Shown: piece after piece, positions 1-10,625 of the stretch
Layout: the number at the start of each line of letters is the position of its first letter
Numbering within the stretch: the first letter of the stretch is position 1
Origin: Candidatus Eiseniibacteriota bacterium
GTDB lineage: Bacteria; Eisenbacteria; RBG-16-71-46
NCBI GenBank assembly: GCA_963717505.1
Contig: OY970342.1
Span: 2,528,001 to 2,592,000, forward strand
DNA: 64,000 nt
Reading direction: 5' to 3'
Made by a program: the position numbers and the translations under genes
The notes under the pieces: model-generated
Told to the model about the DNA's origin: nothing
Databases searched by the model: none
The model's input: the letters and a program-made list of their open reading frames with translations, nothing else

Positions 1-1701
1 GCCGCCCAGGAACCCCCAGGCACGGACCAGCGGCTCGACCGTGATGTCGAAAGCGCCATCGCTTTCCTGCCAGGCCTTGAGCGCCGTCTCGACCACGCGC
101 GCCACCTCGGGCTCGACCGCGACGGTCGCCGAGCCGGCCTCGCGGTTGAGCCGTGCGACCTCGCTGGTCGTGGTCCAGTTGCTCATCAGCGAGTCGACGC
201 GCCAGAACGCCGACTCCGCCGCATGGACCGACGACGACGAGCCGGCCGAGTCGGCGGTGACCACCAGGATGACGCCCATGGTTCCCATCGACCGGAAGGG
301 ATGGGTGATCGAGCGGCGTGCCGGTACTGTGGCGGAATCGCGCACGGGAGCGAATGCCACCGCGGATCCGGAGGCCGGCGCAGCATCCGTCGCGTAGGAC
401 CGGGAGCTCGATCGCGCCAGCGCCGGCGGTGCGGCTCGTTGCCGTCGCTTCGCCAGCCCTTCCGCGATCCGGTTACCGAACGTCGCGATCGCCAGGAACT
501 CCTGCCGCTCCGCCACCCAGGCGCGCATCAGGGCATTGGCTCCGGCACTTTCCTCGCGCAGTCGATCGCGCCACGCGATCGGGCAGCCGACGCCGGTCGA
601 CGGAATCTCGTCGGCGATGAAGCCCTCGAGGTCCCCCTGGCGCACCAGCATGCGGGGACCGACCCACACCCGCTCCGCCTTGGGCTGGGGCGGCGCCACG
701 CCGTACCACGACAGAGCGCCGAGATACTGGACACGCTCTTCCCCCGGCGGTGGTGTGGCGTCGTTGGCCCAGTGTCCTCGCCGATCGATCAGGCTGGCCC
801 AGCGTTCCACCGCGCTGAAGTCGGCGCTGCTCAAGTGGACGCTGTCTCGTGCTGCGCGCTCCACCGCGTGAACGAAGCCCCTCATGGTCTCGGCTTCGAC
901 CACGCGCCCGAGCTTCGACAGGCGGTCGGCTTCGCGAGGGATGAATGCGTCGCTGTCGTTCAACGCGAGACGGAAGAAGTTCGCATACAGGCGATGCGTG
1001 CCCTGGACCGCGGCGAATCGGTCGGGGGCGTTCTCGTCCCCCATCACCGCGGGTTCGAGCAGCACGCGCCGCCAGGCCTCGCGCGCAATGGTGCGGCCGA
1101 TCTGCGGGGTCTCGAGCACGCGTTGCTGTACGGAACGGCTGCACAGCGAGCTGCCCCAGGTGCCGATGCGATAGCCGACCGAGTAGCCGGAGAGAATTCC
1201 GAGCACGCCGCTCGCGGTCGCGAACGGTTTCACGTAGTCGAGCGTCGAACGGTACAGCTCGTCGAATTGCTCGGGCAGCAGGGACCGCCCGCTGCCGTTG
1301 GGCACTTCGAGCCAGAACCCCTGGTCGACGTGGCCGCGCACCTTGAGCGGACCGTACCGGGTGCCGGTGATCGATCGGCTGTAGACGCGGGAGCGTTCGG
1401 GCGGCAGGAAGCGCCGATCGTCGACGTCGTAACGACCGAACGTCTTGTTGCACGCGCACAGCTCGACGATGAAGCGAGAACTGGTGTCGGACGGCGTTTC
1501 GCGAAAGGAGACCACTTGCATCTGGTCGAACAGCTCGGCCCACGGCAGGGCCTTGGAATCGGGACGGGTCTGAGCGCCGACCCAGATCCCCAGCGCGCAC
1601 AGTCCGAGGAAGACGGTCAGGAGCTGGCTCTTGAGCAGGAATCGAGCAATGCGATGAGCCAGCGGAAGCCAGGTGGGCGAGCGCAACCGGCGCCGTTTCA
1701 C
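1..1701 (-). CDS. apbE: ApbE-family FAD:protein FMN transferase fused to a large (~430 aa) unknown N-terminal domain; 3' end beyond window edge
   Basis: Not in the ORF track because no stop is reached. Hand translation from GTG 1701 (GAGG upstream) gives MKRRRLRSPTW..., a hydrophobic segment LLTVFLGLCALGIWVGA, then ApbE motifs FRSMGT, RVDSLMSNWTTTSEVARLN and SDGAFDITVEPLVRAWGF at ~1-290. Confidence 0.8.
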   Translation of the reverse strand, partial: MKRRRLRSPTWLPLAHRIARFLLKSQLLTVFLGLCALGIWVGAQTRPDSKALPWAELFDQMQVVSFRETPSDTSSRFIVELCACNKTFGRYDVDDRRFLPPERSRVYSRSITGTRYGPLKVRGHVDQGFWLEVPNGSGRSLLPEQFDELYRSTLDYVKPFATASGVLGILSGYSVGYRIGTWGSSLCSRSVQQRVLETPQIGRTIAREAWRRVLLEPAVMGDENAPDRFAAVQGTHRLYANFFRLALNDSDAFIPREADRLSKLGRVVEAETMRGFVHAVERAARDSVHLSSADFSAVERWASLIDRRGHWANDATPPPGEERVQYLGALSWYGVAPPQPKAERVWVGPRMLVRQGDLEGFIADEIPSTGVGCPIAWRDRLREESAGANALMRAWVAERQEFLAIATFGNRIAEGLAKRRQRAAPPALARSSSRSYATDAAPASGSAVAFAPVRDSATVPARRSITHPFRSMGTMGVILVVTADSAGSSSSVHAAESAFWRVDSLMSNWTTTSEVARLNREAGSATVAVEPEVARVVETALKAWQESDGAFDITVEPLVRAWGFLGG

Positions 1702-1827
1702 GCGTGAAGACCTCAGGGGAACTGGGACGATCGTCGTGAGAGGGCCCCGGTCGCGGGACCCATACGGTTATCGGCCTCCGGGGGTAGGGGGCTGAACCGG
1801 CGCGGTTGCGGTACTGTCTCCCCCTCG

Positions 1828-3270
1828 ATGAGGCTCAAAACCCCTTATCCCGCATGGATTCTCGCCGCATGGGCCTGGGGCGGATTCGGGACCGTGGCAC
1901 CGGCTTGCGCCGCCACCCGGCCGGCGCCTGCGGCGGCCAGCGCCGCCACCGATTTGGACCGCCTGAGCGGGGATCTCCAGTCGCTCGCGCGCCGTGTCAG
2001 TCCGGCGGTGGTCCAGGTGTTCGCGAGTTCCCTGGTGCCCGCCTCCGCGGCAGGCGAGGGCGCCGGCGGACTGCTATCGCGCCAGCGCGGTCTCGGCTCC
2101 GGGGTGATCGTCGATCCCGGCGGCTACATCGTGACCAATGCTCACGTCGTGATCGGGGCGCGCCGAATTCAAGTTCAGCTCGCTGAATCGCGCGCCGGAT
2201 CTCCGGGCCGATCGATCCTCAAGCAAGCGGGCCCGCGTCTCGAAGCCAAGGTCGTCGGCATGGACCGCGAGACCGACATCGCGGTGCTCAAGATCGAGAG
2301 CGCCAACCTGCCGTCACTGGTGTTCGCCGACTCGGATCAGCTGCGCCAGGGCCAGCTGGCGCTGGCGTTCGGCAGTCCTCTGGGGCTCGAAAGCTCGGTC
2401 AGCATGGGGATCGTCAGCGCGACCGTTCGCCAGATCGAGCCCGAGTCGCCGATGATCTACCTGCAGACCGATGCCGCGATCAATCCGGGTAACAGCGGCG
2501 GCCCGCTGGTCGACACGCGCGGCGCGGTCATTGGCATCAACACGTTCATCCTGAATCCGCCGGCCGGGAGTGCCGTGGGATTCGCAGCACCCAGCAACAT
2601 CGTGAACGCGGTCTACCGGCAGATTCGTGAACATGGCCGAGTGCGTCGCGGCGAGATCGGAGTGCGCGCCCAGACCATCACGCCCGAAGTCGCCCGCGGA
2701 CTCGGACTCGGGCAGGACTGGGGCGTGGTCCTGGCCGACGTGCTCCCGGGCGGACCCGCAGCTCAGGCCGGGCTCAAGCCCGGCGACGTGGTCGCGACCC
2801 TCGACGGCAAGGTCATGGAGAACGGTCGCCAGCTCGAGGTCAATCTCTATCGTCGCACGGCCGACGATGAAGTCACGCTCGAGATCGTTCGCGACGGCGA
2901 CAAGAGCGCGGTGCGCGTGCGCCTCGCCGAGCGGCCCGGCGACCTGGATCGGCTCGCCGCCTTCGCGCGGCCCGAGGATCACCTGGTCGAGCCGCTCCAG
3001 ATCCTCGCGATTCCGGTGGATGCGCAAGTCGCGCGCATGGTGCCGATGCGCGAGCCGTGGGGGGTGCTGGTGGTGCTCAGCACGGGCGATGCGCCGCCGG
3101 GCGGGGCGCCATTGGCCCCGGGCGACGTGATCCGGGCGATCGGCCGATCGACCGTGCGCAGCCTCGAAGATCTGCGCAACGGATTGGTGGGGCAATCGAC
3201 CGGTTCATGGGTCGTGCTGCACGTCGAGCGGCGCGGGCGGATGGTCTTCGTGCCGTGCGAGATTCCCTAG
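1828..3270 (+). CDS. DegP/HtrA-family serine protease with PDZ domains
   Basis: Signal peptide; catalytic triad motifs TNAHV, ETDIAV and GNSGG; two PDZ-like C-terminal regions. Confidence 0.93.
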   Translation: MRLKTPYPAWILAAWAWGGFGTVAPACAATRPAPAAASAATDLDRLSGDLQSLARRVSPAVVQVFASSLVPASAAGEGAGGLLSRQRGLGSGVIVDPGGYIVTNAHVVIGARRIQVQLAESRAGSPGRSILKQAGPRLEAKVVGMDRETDIAVLKIESANLPSLVFADSDQLRQGQLALAFGSPLGLESSVSMGIVSATVRQIEPESPMIYLQTDAAINPGNSGGPLVDTRGAVIGINTFILNPPAGSAVGFAAPSNIVNAVYRQIREHGRVRRGEIGVRAQTITPEVARGLGLGQDWGVVLADVLPGGPAAQAGLKPGDVVATLDGKVMENGRQLEVNLYRRTADDEVTLEIVRDGDKSAVRVRLAERPGDLDRLAAFARPEDHLVEPLQILAIPVDAQVARMVPMREPWGVLVVLSTGDAPPGGAPLAPGDVIRAIGRSTVRSLEDLRNGLVGQSTGSWVVLHVERRGRMVFVPCEIP

Positions 3271-3287
3271 GCCGGGAGCTCGCCCGC

Positions 3288-4928
3288 ATGTCCACGGAGC
3301 CTCGCACCCCGAGTTCCGGGCCGACGCTGTTCCTGCCCCGGGGCCGAACTCCGCGGGTCACGGATTCGAAGGCGCTGCGCAGCCTGCCGCCCGACCTTCG
3401 GCTCCAGATCGCGCGGCGGCTGCGCCTGACCGCGATTCTGTACTCGCTCACATTCTTTTGCGCCGACTTCGTCGCCTCGGCCCTGGTGGGTGAGTTGGGG
3501 CTCAGGTTTCAGAACCCCCGCGACTGGGTGCCGAGCACGGCCTCGATCACGTGCGGCCTGCTGGTCGCGGCACTGGTTCCCCGACTCAAGTGGCAGGCCC
3601 AGATCAATATCGGGCTGATGTTCCTGGTTGCGTCGAGCTACGGCATCGCCCTCGCGCAGTACCTCGGTCTCGAGAGGTTCGCCGACACGCCGATCGTCTT
3701 TCAAGCGGTCTCGCCATCGTGGGTCGGCGTGTGGATGATCGTGTTCGCGGTGGTGGTGCCGGCGCCACCCGGACGCGCGCTGCTCGCGATCCTCGGGGCC
3801 GCATCGGCGCCGGCGGTGGTGATCGGCCTGGGGCTGCGCAGCGCGGGCCTCCAGCACCTGATGACCCCGGGGATGTTCTTCGTCCATCATGTCTTCACGT
3901 ACATGATCTGCGCCGGGCTGGCCTACGCTGCGGCGCGCATCGTGTACCGGCTCGGGGCCGACGTCACGCGCGCACGGGACCTCGGGAGCTACCGCCTGGT
4001 CGAGCGGCTGGGCCGGGGCGGCATGGGCGAGGTGTGGCGCGCGTCGCACCAGCTGCTCGCGCGTCCGGCGGCGATCAAGTTCATTCGCCCGGAGGCGGCG
4101 GGCGCAAATCTCGAGGAAGCCAGGACCGTGCTCAAGCGCTTCGAACTCGAGGCGCGAGCCACCGCCTCGCTCAGCTCGGCGCACACGATCGATCTCTACG
4201 ACTATGGCGCCGCGGAGGACGGCACGTTCTACTACGTGATGGAGCTGCTCGACGGACTCGACTGCGAACGGCTGGTCCAGCAGTTCGGCCCACTGCCGGG
4301 TGCTCGCATCGTGTATCTGCTCCGGCAGGCGTGCGAATCGCTGGAAGAGGCGCACGACAAAGGATTGATCCACCGCGACGTCAAACCCGCGAACCTCTAT
4401 CTGTGCCGCTCCGGCAACCGCTGCGACTTCGTCAAGATCCTCGACTTCGGCCTCGTTTCGCTGCACCGCGCCGAGGCGGCCAATCCGCGACTGACCATGC
4501 CGGAACTGGCGGTTGGCACTCCGGAGTTCATGCCTCCGGAAGTCGCGCGCGGGGAGCGGATCGACGGTCGCGCCGACCTCTACGGTCTCGGGTGCGTGGC
4601 CTACTGGCTGGCCACCGGCAAGCCGGTGTTCGAGGGTGCCAGCCATTTCGACGTGATTTCGAAGCACCTGCACGGGACACCCGAGCCGCCGTCGCGCCAC
4701 GCTCCGAATCCGTTGCCCTCGGAGTTGGACGCGTTGATCCTGCAATGCCTGGAGAAACGGCCGGAAGATCGACCGGCGGGAGCCCGCGAGCTGAGCCGAA
4801 TGCTGGCGGCGATTCCCCTCGACGAGCCCTGGCGCGACGAACACGCGACCGCGTGGTGGAGCCTGCACCTCCCGGCCGACTCGAAGCGTGATTCCGGGCC
4901 CGCGCCGGAGCAACACGAATCCGCATGA
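3288..4928 (+). CDS. Hanks-type Ser/Thr kinase with N-terminal multi-pass membrane domain
   Basis: About six hydrophobic helices, then [23 protein letters not shown] and GTPEFMPPE. Start placed at ATG 3288, just after the degP stop. Confidence 0.9.
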   Translation: MSTEPRTPSSGPTLFLPRGRTPRVTDSKALRSLPPDLRLQIARRLRLTAILYSLTFFCADFVASALVGELGLRFQNPRDWVPSTASITCGLLVAALVPRLKWQAQINIGLMFLVASSYGIALAQYLGLERFADTPIVFQAVSPSWVGVWMIVFAVVVPAPPGRALLAILGAASAPAVVIGLGLRSAGLQHLMTPGMFFVHHVFTYMICAGLAYAAARIVYRLGADVTRARDLGSYRLVERLGRGGMGEVWRASHQLLARPAAIKFIRPEAAGANLEEARTVLKRFELEARATASLSSAHTIDLYDYGAAEDGTFYYVMELLDGLDCERLVQQFGPLPGARIVYLLRQACESLEEAHDKGLIHRDVKPANLYLCRSGNRCDFVKILDFGLVSLHRAEAANPRLTMPELAVGTPEFMPPEVARGERIDGRADLYGLGCVAYWLATGKPVFEGASHFDVISKHLHGTPEPPSRHAPNPLPSELDALILQCLEKRPEDRPAGARELSRMLAAIPLDEPWRDEHATAWWSLHLPADSKRDSGPAPEQHESA

Positions 4929-7278
4929 CGAACACGACTTCGTCCCTCGAGCTGCGAGTCCTGCCCGACGACCCCGCCGCCCGCGACCCGGTCTGCGGCA
5001 TGACCGTGCGGCCCGACACCACGCACCGCCACACCCACGAGGGCAGGGAGTATCGATTCTGCTGCGCGGGATGCAGAACGAAGTTCATCGCCGATCCGCA
5101 GCGTTACCTCGATCCGAGCGCGGCGCCCGCGGCTCACGCGATGGAACCGGGTCACGTCGAGGCTTCCGAGTGGACCTGCCCGATGCACCCCGAAGTCGTG
5201 CGCAAGGAATTCGGCACCTGCCCGATCTGCGGCATGGCGCTCGAGCCGCGAACCGTCTCGCTCGACGAAACCGAGAATCCGGAGCTGACCGACATGCGGC
5301 GGCGGCTCGTGGTTTCGGCGTTGCTGACGGCACCGCTGCTCCTGACCATGCTCGGTGCGCTCCTGCCCGGCCAGCCGCTGCACCGATGGCTTCCGCCCTC
5401 CTGGATGGGCTGGTTCGAGATGGCGCTCGCGACCCCGGTCGTTCTCTGGGGCGGGTGGCCGTTCTTCGTGCGCGGCGGGCAGTCCATCGTGCAGCGTAGT
5501 CCCAACATGTTCACGCTGATCGCGCTCGGTGTGGGCACCGCCTATCTCTACAGCATGGCCGCGGTGATCGTGCCCGGGTTGTTCCCGGCGTCGTTTCGCG
5601 ATTCCCACGGCCGCGTAGGCACGTACTTCGAGAGCGCCGCGGTGATCGTCACCCTGGTGCTGCTCGGCCAGGTCCTCGAATTGCGCGCGCGCGGCCAGAC
5701 CGGGGCCGCGCTGCGAGCCCTGCTTCGCCTGGCGCCCAAGACGGCGCGTCGCATTGACGCCGCCGGTTCCGAGCACGACGTGCCGCTCGAGCACGTTCAG
5801 GTGGGCGATCGACTGCGCGTCCGACCCGGCGAGAAGGTTCCGGTCGACGGCGTGGTCGTCGAGGGTGCAAGCGCCGTCGACGAGTCCCTGGTCACCGGCG
5901 AGTCGATCCCGGTCACCAAGAACGCGGGCAGTGCCGTGGTGGGCGGCACGCTCAATGGCACCGGGTCCCTGATCGTGGAGGCGCGCGGGGTGGGCCGCGA
6001 CACGCTGCTCGCGCGCATCGTGCAGATGGTGGCCGAGGCGCAGCGCAGCCGGGCGCCGATCCAGCGACTGGCCGACCGAATTTCGGCATGGTTCGTACCC
6101 GCGGTGGTGCTGGTCGCGATCGCGAGCTTCGTCGCGTGGTCAGTGGGGTCCCGAACCTCGGATGGCGTTCGCGGTGGTCAATGCCGTCGCGGTGCTCATC
6201 ATTGCGTGCCCGTGTGCACTCGGGCTGGCCACGCCGATGTCGATCATGGTGGCGGCCGGCCGCGGCGCGACCATGGGAGTGTTGTTCCGGAACGCCGAAG
6301 CGATCGAGACCCTGCGCGCGGTCGATACCCTTGTAGTCGACAAGACGGGAACGTTGACCGAGGGCAAGCCGCGACTCGTCCGTGTCCTGCCGGCGCCCGG
6401 GCACCAGGAATCCGACGTGTTGCGCATCGCGGCAAGTCTCGAGCGGGGCAGCGAACATCCGCTCGCCGCCGCGATCCTCGCGGCGGCTACCGAGCGCGGG
6501 GATCGCCCACGCGCCCGCCCAGGAGTTCATCTCGAACACAGGCAAAGGGCTCCGCGGCCGGATCGACGGCCGCTCCGTAGCGCTGGGCAACGCGGCGTCC
6601 TGCTCGCCGATCTGGGGTATCGCACCACGCGCTCGAGAACGAAGCCGAAGGTCTGCGCCGGGAAGGTCAGACCGTGACGTGGGTCGCCGTCGACGGCAGG
6701 ATCGCAGGAGTGCTCGGTGTCGCCGATCCGATCAAGGCCTCGACTCCGGAAGCCATCGAGCAGCTCAGGGCTCAGGGTGTGAGATGGTGATGTCACGGGC
6801 GACAGATGGACGACCGGCCCGCGCGGTCGCCCGGCAGACCGGGATCGATCAAGTCGAAGCGAAGTGTTACCGGCGGACAAAGTCGAGCTCGTCGAAAAGA
6901 CTTCGTCCGGCCGGCCACGTCGTCGCGATGGCCGGGCGACGGCGTCGACGACGCTCCGCGCTTGCCGGGGCGAGGTCGGCATCGCCATGGGAACCGGCAC
7001 CGATGTCGCCATTCAGACCGCCGGCGTCACGCTGGTGCGAGGCGACCTCCGCGGGATCGTGCGGGCCGTGCGCTCAGCGCAGGCCACTATGGCGAACATT
7101 CGGCAGAACTCTGTTCTTGGCGTTCGTCTACAACGCGCTGGGCGTGCCGATCGCGGCCGGTGTCTTGGTGCCGCTGCTTCGGCTGGTGGCGCGCCCGGTG
7201 ATCGCCGCCGCGGCGATGAGCCTCAGCTCGGTATCGGTGATCGGAAACGCTCTGCGACTGAGGAGCGTGAAGGTGTGA
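4925..7278 (+). CDS. copA: Cu(I)-translocating P1B-type ATPase with YHS and metal-binding N-terminal domains; several frameshifts after ~6140 (sequencing error or pseudogene)
   Basis: [71 protein letters not shown] and AMSLSSVSV, spread over all three frames. Confidence 0.88.
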
Positions 7279-7411
7279 CGCGCTCGAACCGAATTCTTGC
7301 GACTTTCCCGTCGGTTCGCGGCGTCTACAACGGGGGGCGCCGTCGCCGAAGCGCGGATCCCCGAGCCGGCGTCCTCGCCGGTCCCTCACCCGAACCCGGA
7401 GAACGCTCATC

Positions 7412-8801
7412 GTGCACCGCCCGTCGGCTGTGATCCACGCCGCGCTGTCGCGGATGGTTGCCGCACTCACTCTCGTCTGTGTCTTGGCGCCAGCGGTGTT
7501 CGCGCAACCCGGAAGCCCGGGACCGAGGCAACGCCGCGGAATGGCTGTCGAGGCCCTGATCGAGAGCGCTGGCCCCGAAGCGCTCCAGAAGTTCGCCGAC
7601 GAACACCTGGCGCCCGCCTATCGCGAGTCCTTTGCGCCTGGGGGTACTGGCCGCGCACCTGGAAACGATACGTACCGCGTGCGCGGGTTTTGGCGGGGTC
7701 ACCGCGGGTCCCGCGGACGGTGGTGGCACGCGGCTGACGTTCATGAAGCCGTCGGGCACGCGTTCGGTGGTGTTCCGGATCGAGGACGCGGAGCCTCATC
7801 GCATCGTCTCGCTGGTACTCGAAGCCGGCGAGGCGGCGCCGCCTGGGTTCCAGGTGGCGCCGATCCCCTGGGATCGGCTCGATCAGCGACTCGACGAGGA
7901 AGCGAAGGCTGGCTTTTCTGGAACCGTGCTGGTAGCGCGCGGCGGGAAGATCGTGCTGCATCGCGGCTACGGTTTCGCCAACCGCGAGAAGAAGCTCCCG
8001 AACACGACCGAGACCATCTTTGCGATCGGTTCGGCGCCGATTGACTTCACGCGTGCCGCGATCCTTCAGCTGGTCGAGCGCAAGAAGCTGAGCACGAGCG
8101 ATCCGATCTCCAAGTTCCTCGACGACGTTCCCGCCGACAAGCGCGGAATGACGATCGAACACCTGATGACCGGGGGCTCGGGATTGCCCGACTTCCACCA
8201 CCTGCCGAGTGACGCCGACCGCGAGTTCGTCGTGGATCGACCGGCCGACCGCGATTCGCCGGATTCTGGGCAGGAACTCGAGTTCGCCCCGGGGACCGGT
8301 GAGGCGCACTCGCACTCGGCGTGGGTGCTGCTGGCCGCGGTCATCGAGATCGTTTCCGGCAAGTCCTATGGCGAGTACCTGCGCACGCAGTTCTTCACGC
8401 CCGCAGGGACGACCCGAACCGGCAATCACGAAGACGGAGCGCGATTCCCGGACGACGCGTTCGCCATCGGCTACGACGCCCAGCCGGTCGGCAAGCTGAA
8501 CATCCCCAAGTACTGGGGCAAGACGTCGTGGCTGGTGATGGGGAGCGGCGGCATGCAGTCGACGCCGCACGACCTCTACCGCTGGTTCCAGGCGATCCGC
8601 AACGGAACGACCCTGTCGAACGGGTCGTCGGCCGTCTATCGAACGCCGACCATGATGGTTGGCGGGGACGACCGGGGCTTCCTCACCATGATCGCCTGGA
8701 AGGGCGACGACACGGTGATCTTCTGCAGCAACGCCCACTCGGGCCCGCGCGACTACACGGCGGCGGTCGGCAGGAGACTGATGGAGCTGGTCCGAGAATA
8801 G
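7412..8801 (+). CDS. Secreted beta-lactamase-fold serine hydrolase family protein; frameshifts at ~7640 and ~8225-8270
   Basis: Signal peptide; FSGTVLVARGGKIVLHRGYG, TIFAIGS, TIEHLMTGGSGL, LEFAPG and GSGGMQSTPHDLYRW. A GGGGG run lies at the first frame switch. Confidence 0.8.
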
Positions 8802-8866
8802 CTGCGTGCTACAATTCGAGCGGCCAGATATCGCATCGTTACGCCACTGACTTCCACCAGGGGGCC

Positions 8867-9995
8867 GTGTTGCGCCGCTCGCGCCGTGCCGATCATTGCA
8901 TCTTCGTCCTCACGGCCCTTCTCACCGCGGGCCTCCCGGCGACCGGATGGACCTGGGGTTTCGCGACACATCATTACATCGCCCAGAACTACTCGAAGCA
9001 TCTGCCACCCGACATCGACGGCTTGCGCGTCTACGACGGCGTGGTCGACCAGAAGGTGACCGACCCGGATACGCGCCGCCCCACCACTCCCGGCGAGAGC
9101 TACCGCCACTACATCGACATCGACAACTACCCGGAGTTCTTCAGCGGGACGTTGTCGCACGATCGTGCGGCGCTCGAGGCGCAGTACGGAGCCGCGACCG
9201 TGCTCGAGAACGGGATCGTGCCCTGGGCGGTGGGGGAAGTCGTGGCCACCCTGACCCTGCAGTTCCAGAGCCAACAATGGAGTGCTGCGGCCACCACGAT
9301 CGCCGACCTCTGCCACTACGTCGGCGACGCCTGTCAGCCCCTGCACTGCACGCGGAACTACGACGGACAGCTCACCGGCAACAACGGCATTCACTCTCGC
9401 TACGAAACCACCATGATGTCGCCACACATCGGCGAGTTGACCACACCGGTGACGCCGGTGACCTACTACGCGAATCCGGTCGACGCGATGTTCGACATCG
9501 TCGACGACTCCTGGGCCGGCGTGAGTCCGGTCCTGGAGGCCGACAACACGGCGCGGGCGGCCTCGGGCGGATCGTTCAACTCCACCTATTACGCCTCGCT
9601 GTGGAACAGCACGCAGAACCTGACCCGTAGCCGGATCAATGTCGCCGCCGTGGCGACCGCGTCGTTCGTGTTCACCGCGTGGTACAACGCCGGGATGCCG
9701 CAGGTGCCCGGCTCGACCCTGGACGTGCCCTCGGCGAGTCGTTTCCGGAGTTCGGCTCGCCGTCGGCCCCTCGCCGTTCCGCGATGCCCTGACCATCCAG
9801 TATGCGGGTGCAGGTCCGCTCACCATCGAAGTTCTCGATGTGCGCGGGGCCCGAGTGGCGCAGGTCGTCGATCACGCATCTGCCCCGGGGAGCGTGTCGT
9901 GGCGACCGACTCAGCAGATCCCGCCTGGGATCTACTTCGTCCGGCTCATCGGGCCGGACGTCAGCCTCGTGCGGCGCGTCATTCGGCTCGAGTAG
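8867..9995 (+). CDS. Secreted S1/P1 nuclease / Zn-phospholipase C family protein with T9SS/FlgD-like C-terminal domain; frameshift at ~9745
   Basis: Mature N-terminus WGFATHH; HYIDID, HYVGDACQPLH and GIHSRYE Zn-ligand motifs. Tail PSPFRD...EVLDVRGARV...PGIYFVRL is in a shifted frame. Confidence 0.8.
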
Positions 9996-10045
9996 CACGG
10001 CCCGCCGCGGATGGACGGGCGCGATTGGCGCTTTGAACCCACGGT

Positions 10046-10462
10046 CTAGGTGGCTTGCCGCCCCCGGCCGAGGAGCGTCGCGATTCCGAGCGCCACGAGG
10101 AATGCCGGCACTGCCGTGAGAAGCGGCCAGGCGACCAGCGCAATCGCGAGCAGGCGCAGATTGCCGGTTTCGGTCATCGCCGCCCGAACCGTCGCCGCTG
10201 CCGCCAGACCGAAGGCCCCTAATGCAGCAGCCAGCGCGGCGTGGAGCGCTGCAACCGACGGCCGATGGCGCAGGCGATACCGCTCATAGCCGATGTGCGC
10301 AACGAACGCCACGCCGCTCACCAGCCACGCGGCCAGCCGCCACCCCCGGACCTGGGTCGCCGAGCCGTGCGCCATCGCGCCGAGGATGACCCCGGATGCT
10401 GCGTAAAAGACGGCGCACAACAGCGCGGGGCCCAGCCAGCGTTGCGACGTCGATGGACTCAT
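10046..10462 (-). CDS. Hypothetical membrane protein (about 4 TM)
   Basis: 138 aa with four hydrophobic segments; fills the gap between + strand genes. Confidence 0.7.
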   Translation of the reverse strand: MSPSTSQRWLGPALLCAVFYAASGVILGAMAHGSATQVRGWRLAAWLVSGVAFVAHIGYERYRLRHRPSVAALHAALAAALGAFGLAAAATVRAAMTETGNLRLLAIALVAWPLLTAVPAFLVALGIATLLGRGRQAT

Positions 10463-10625
10463 TCCGAGCGCATTCTAGCTTGGAGACGGGTTCCCGCGCT
10501 GGAGTCGGTTCCTCGACCAAGACGCCGGCTGCGCGACCGGCGACGAATGTGAAACAATCGAGCCGGCTTGAGGCGAGAACTCCGCTTCGAGCCGTTCCCT
10601 TGCGCGAGCCGGATGACCCCCACCC

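Noticed and set aside
223-1707. Long + strand ORF (494 aa) and many similar long ORFs, e.g. 52686-55949(-), 14390-16945(-), 49901-52117(-)
   Set aside because: These are antisense or off-frame shadows of real genes, expected at this GC content, with no motifs of their own.
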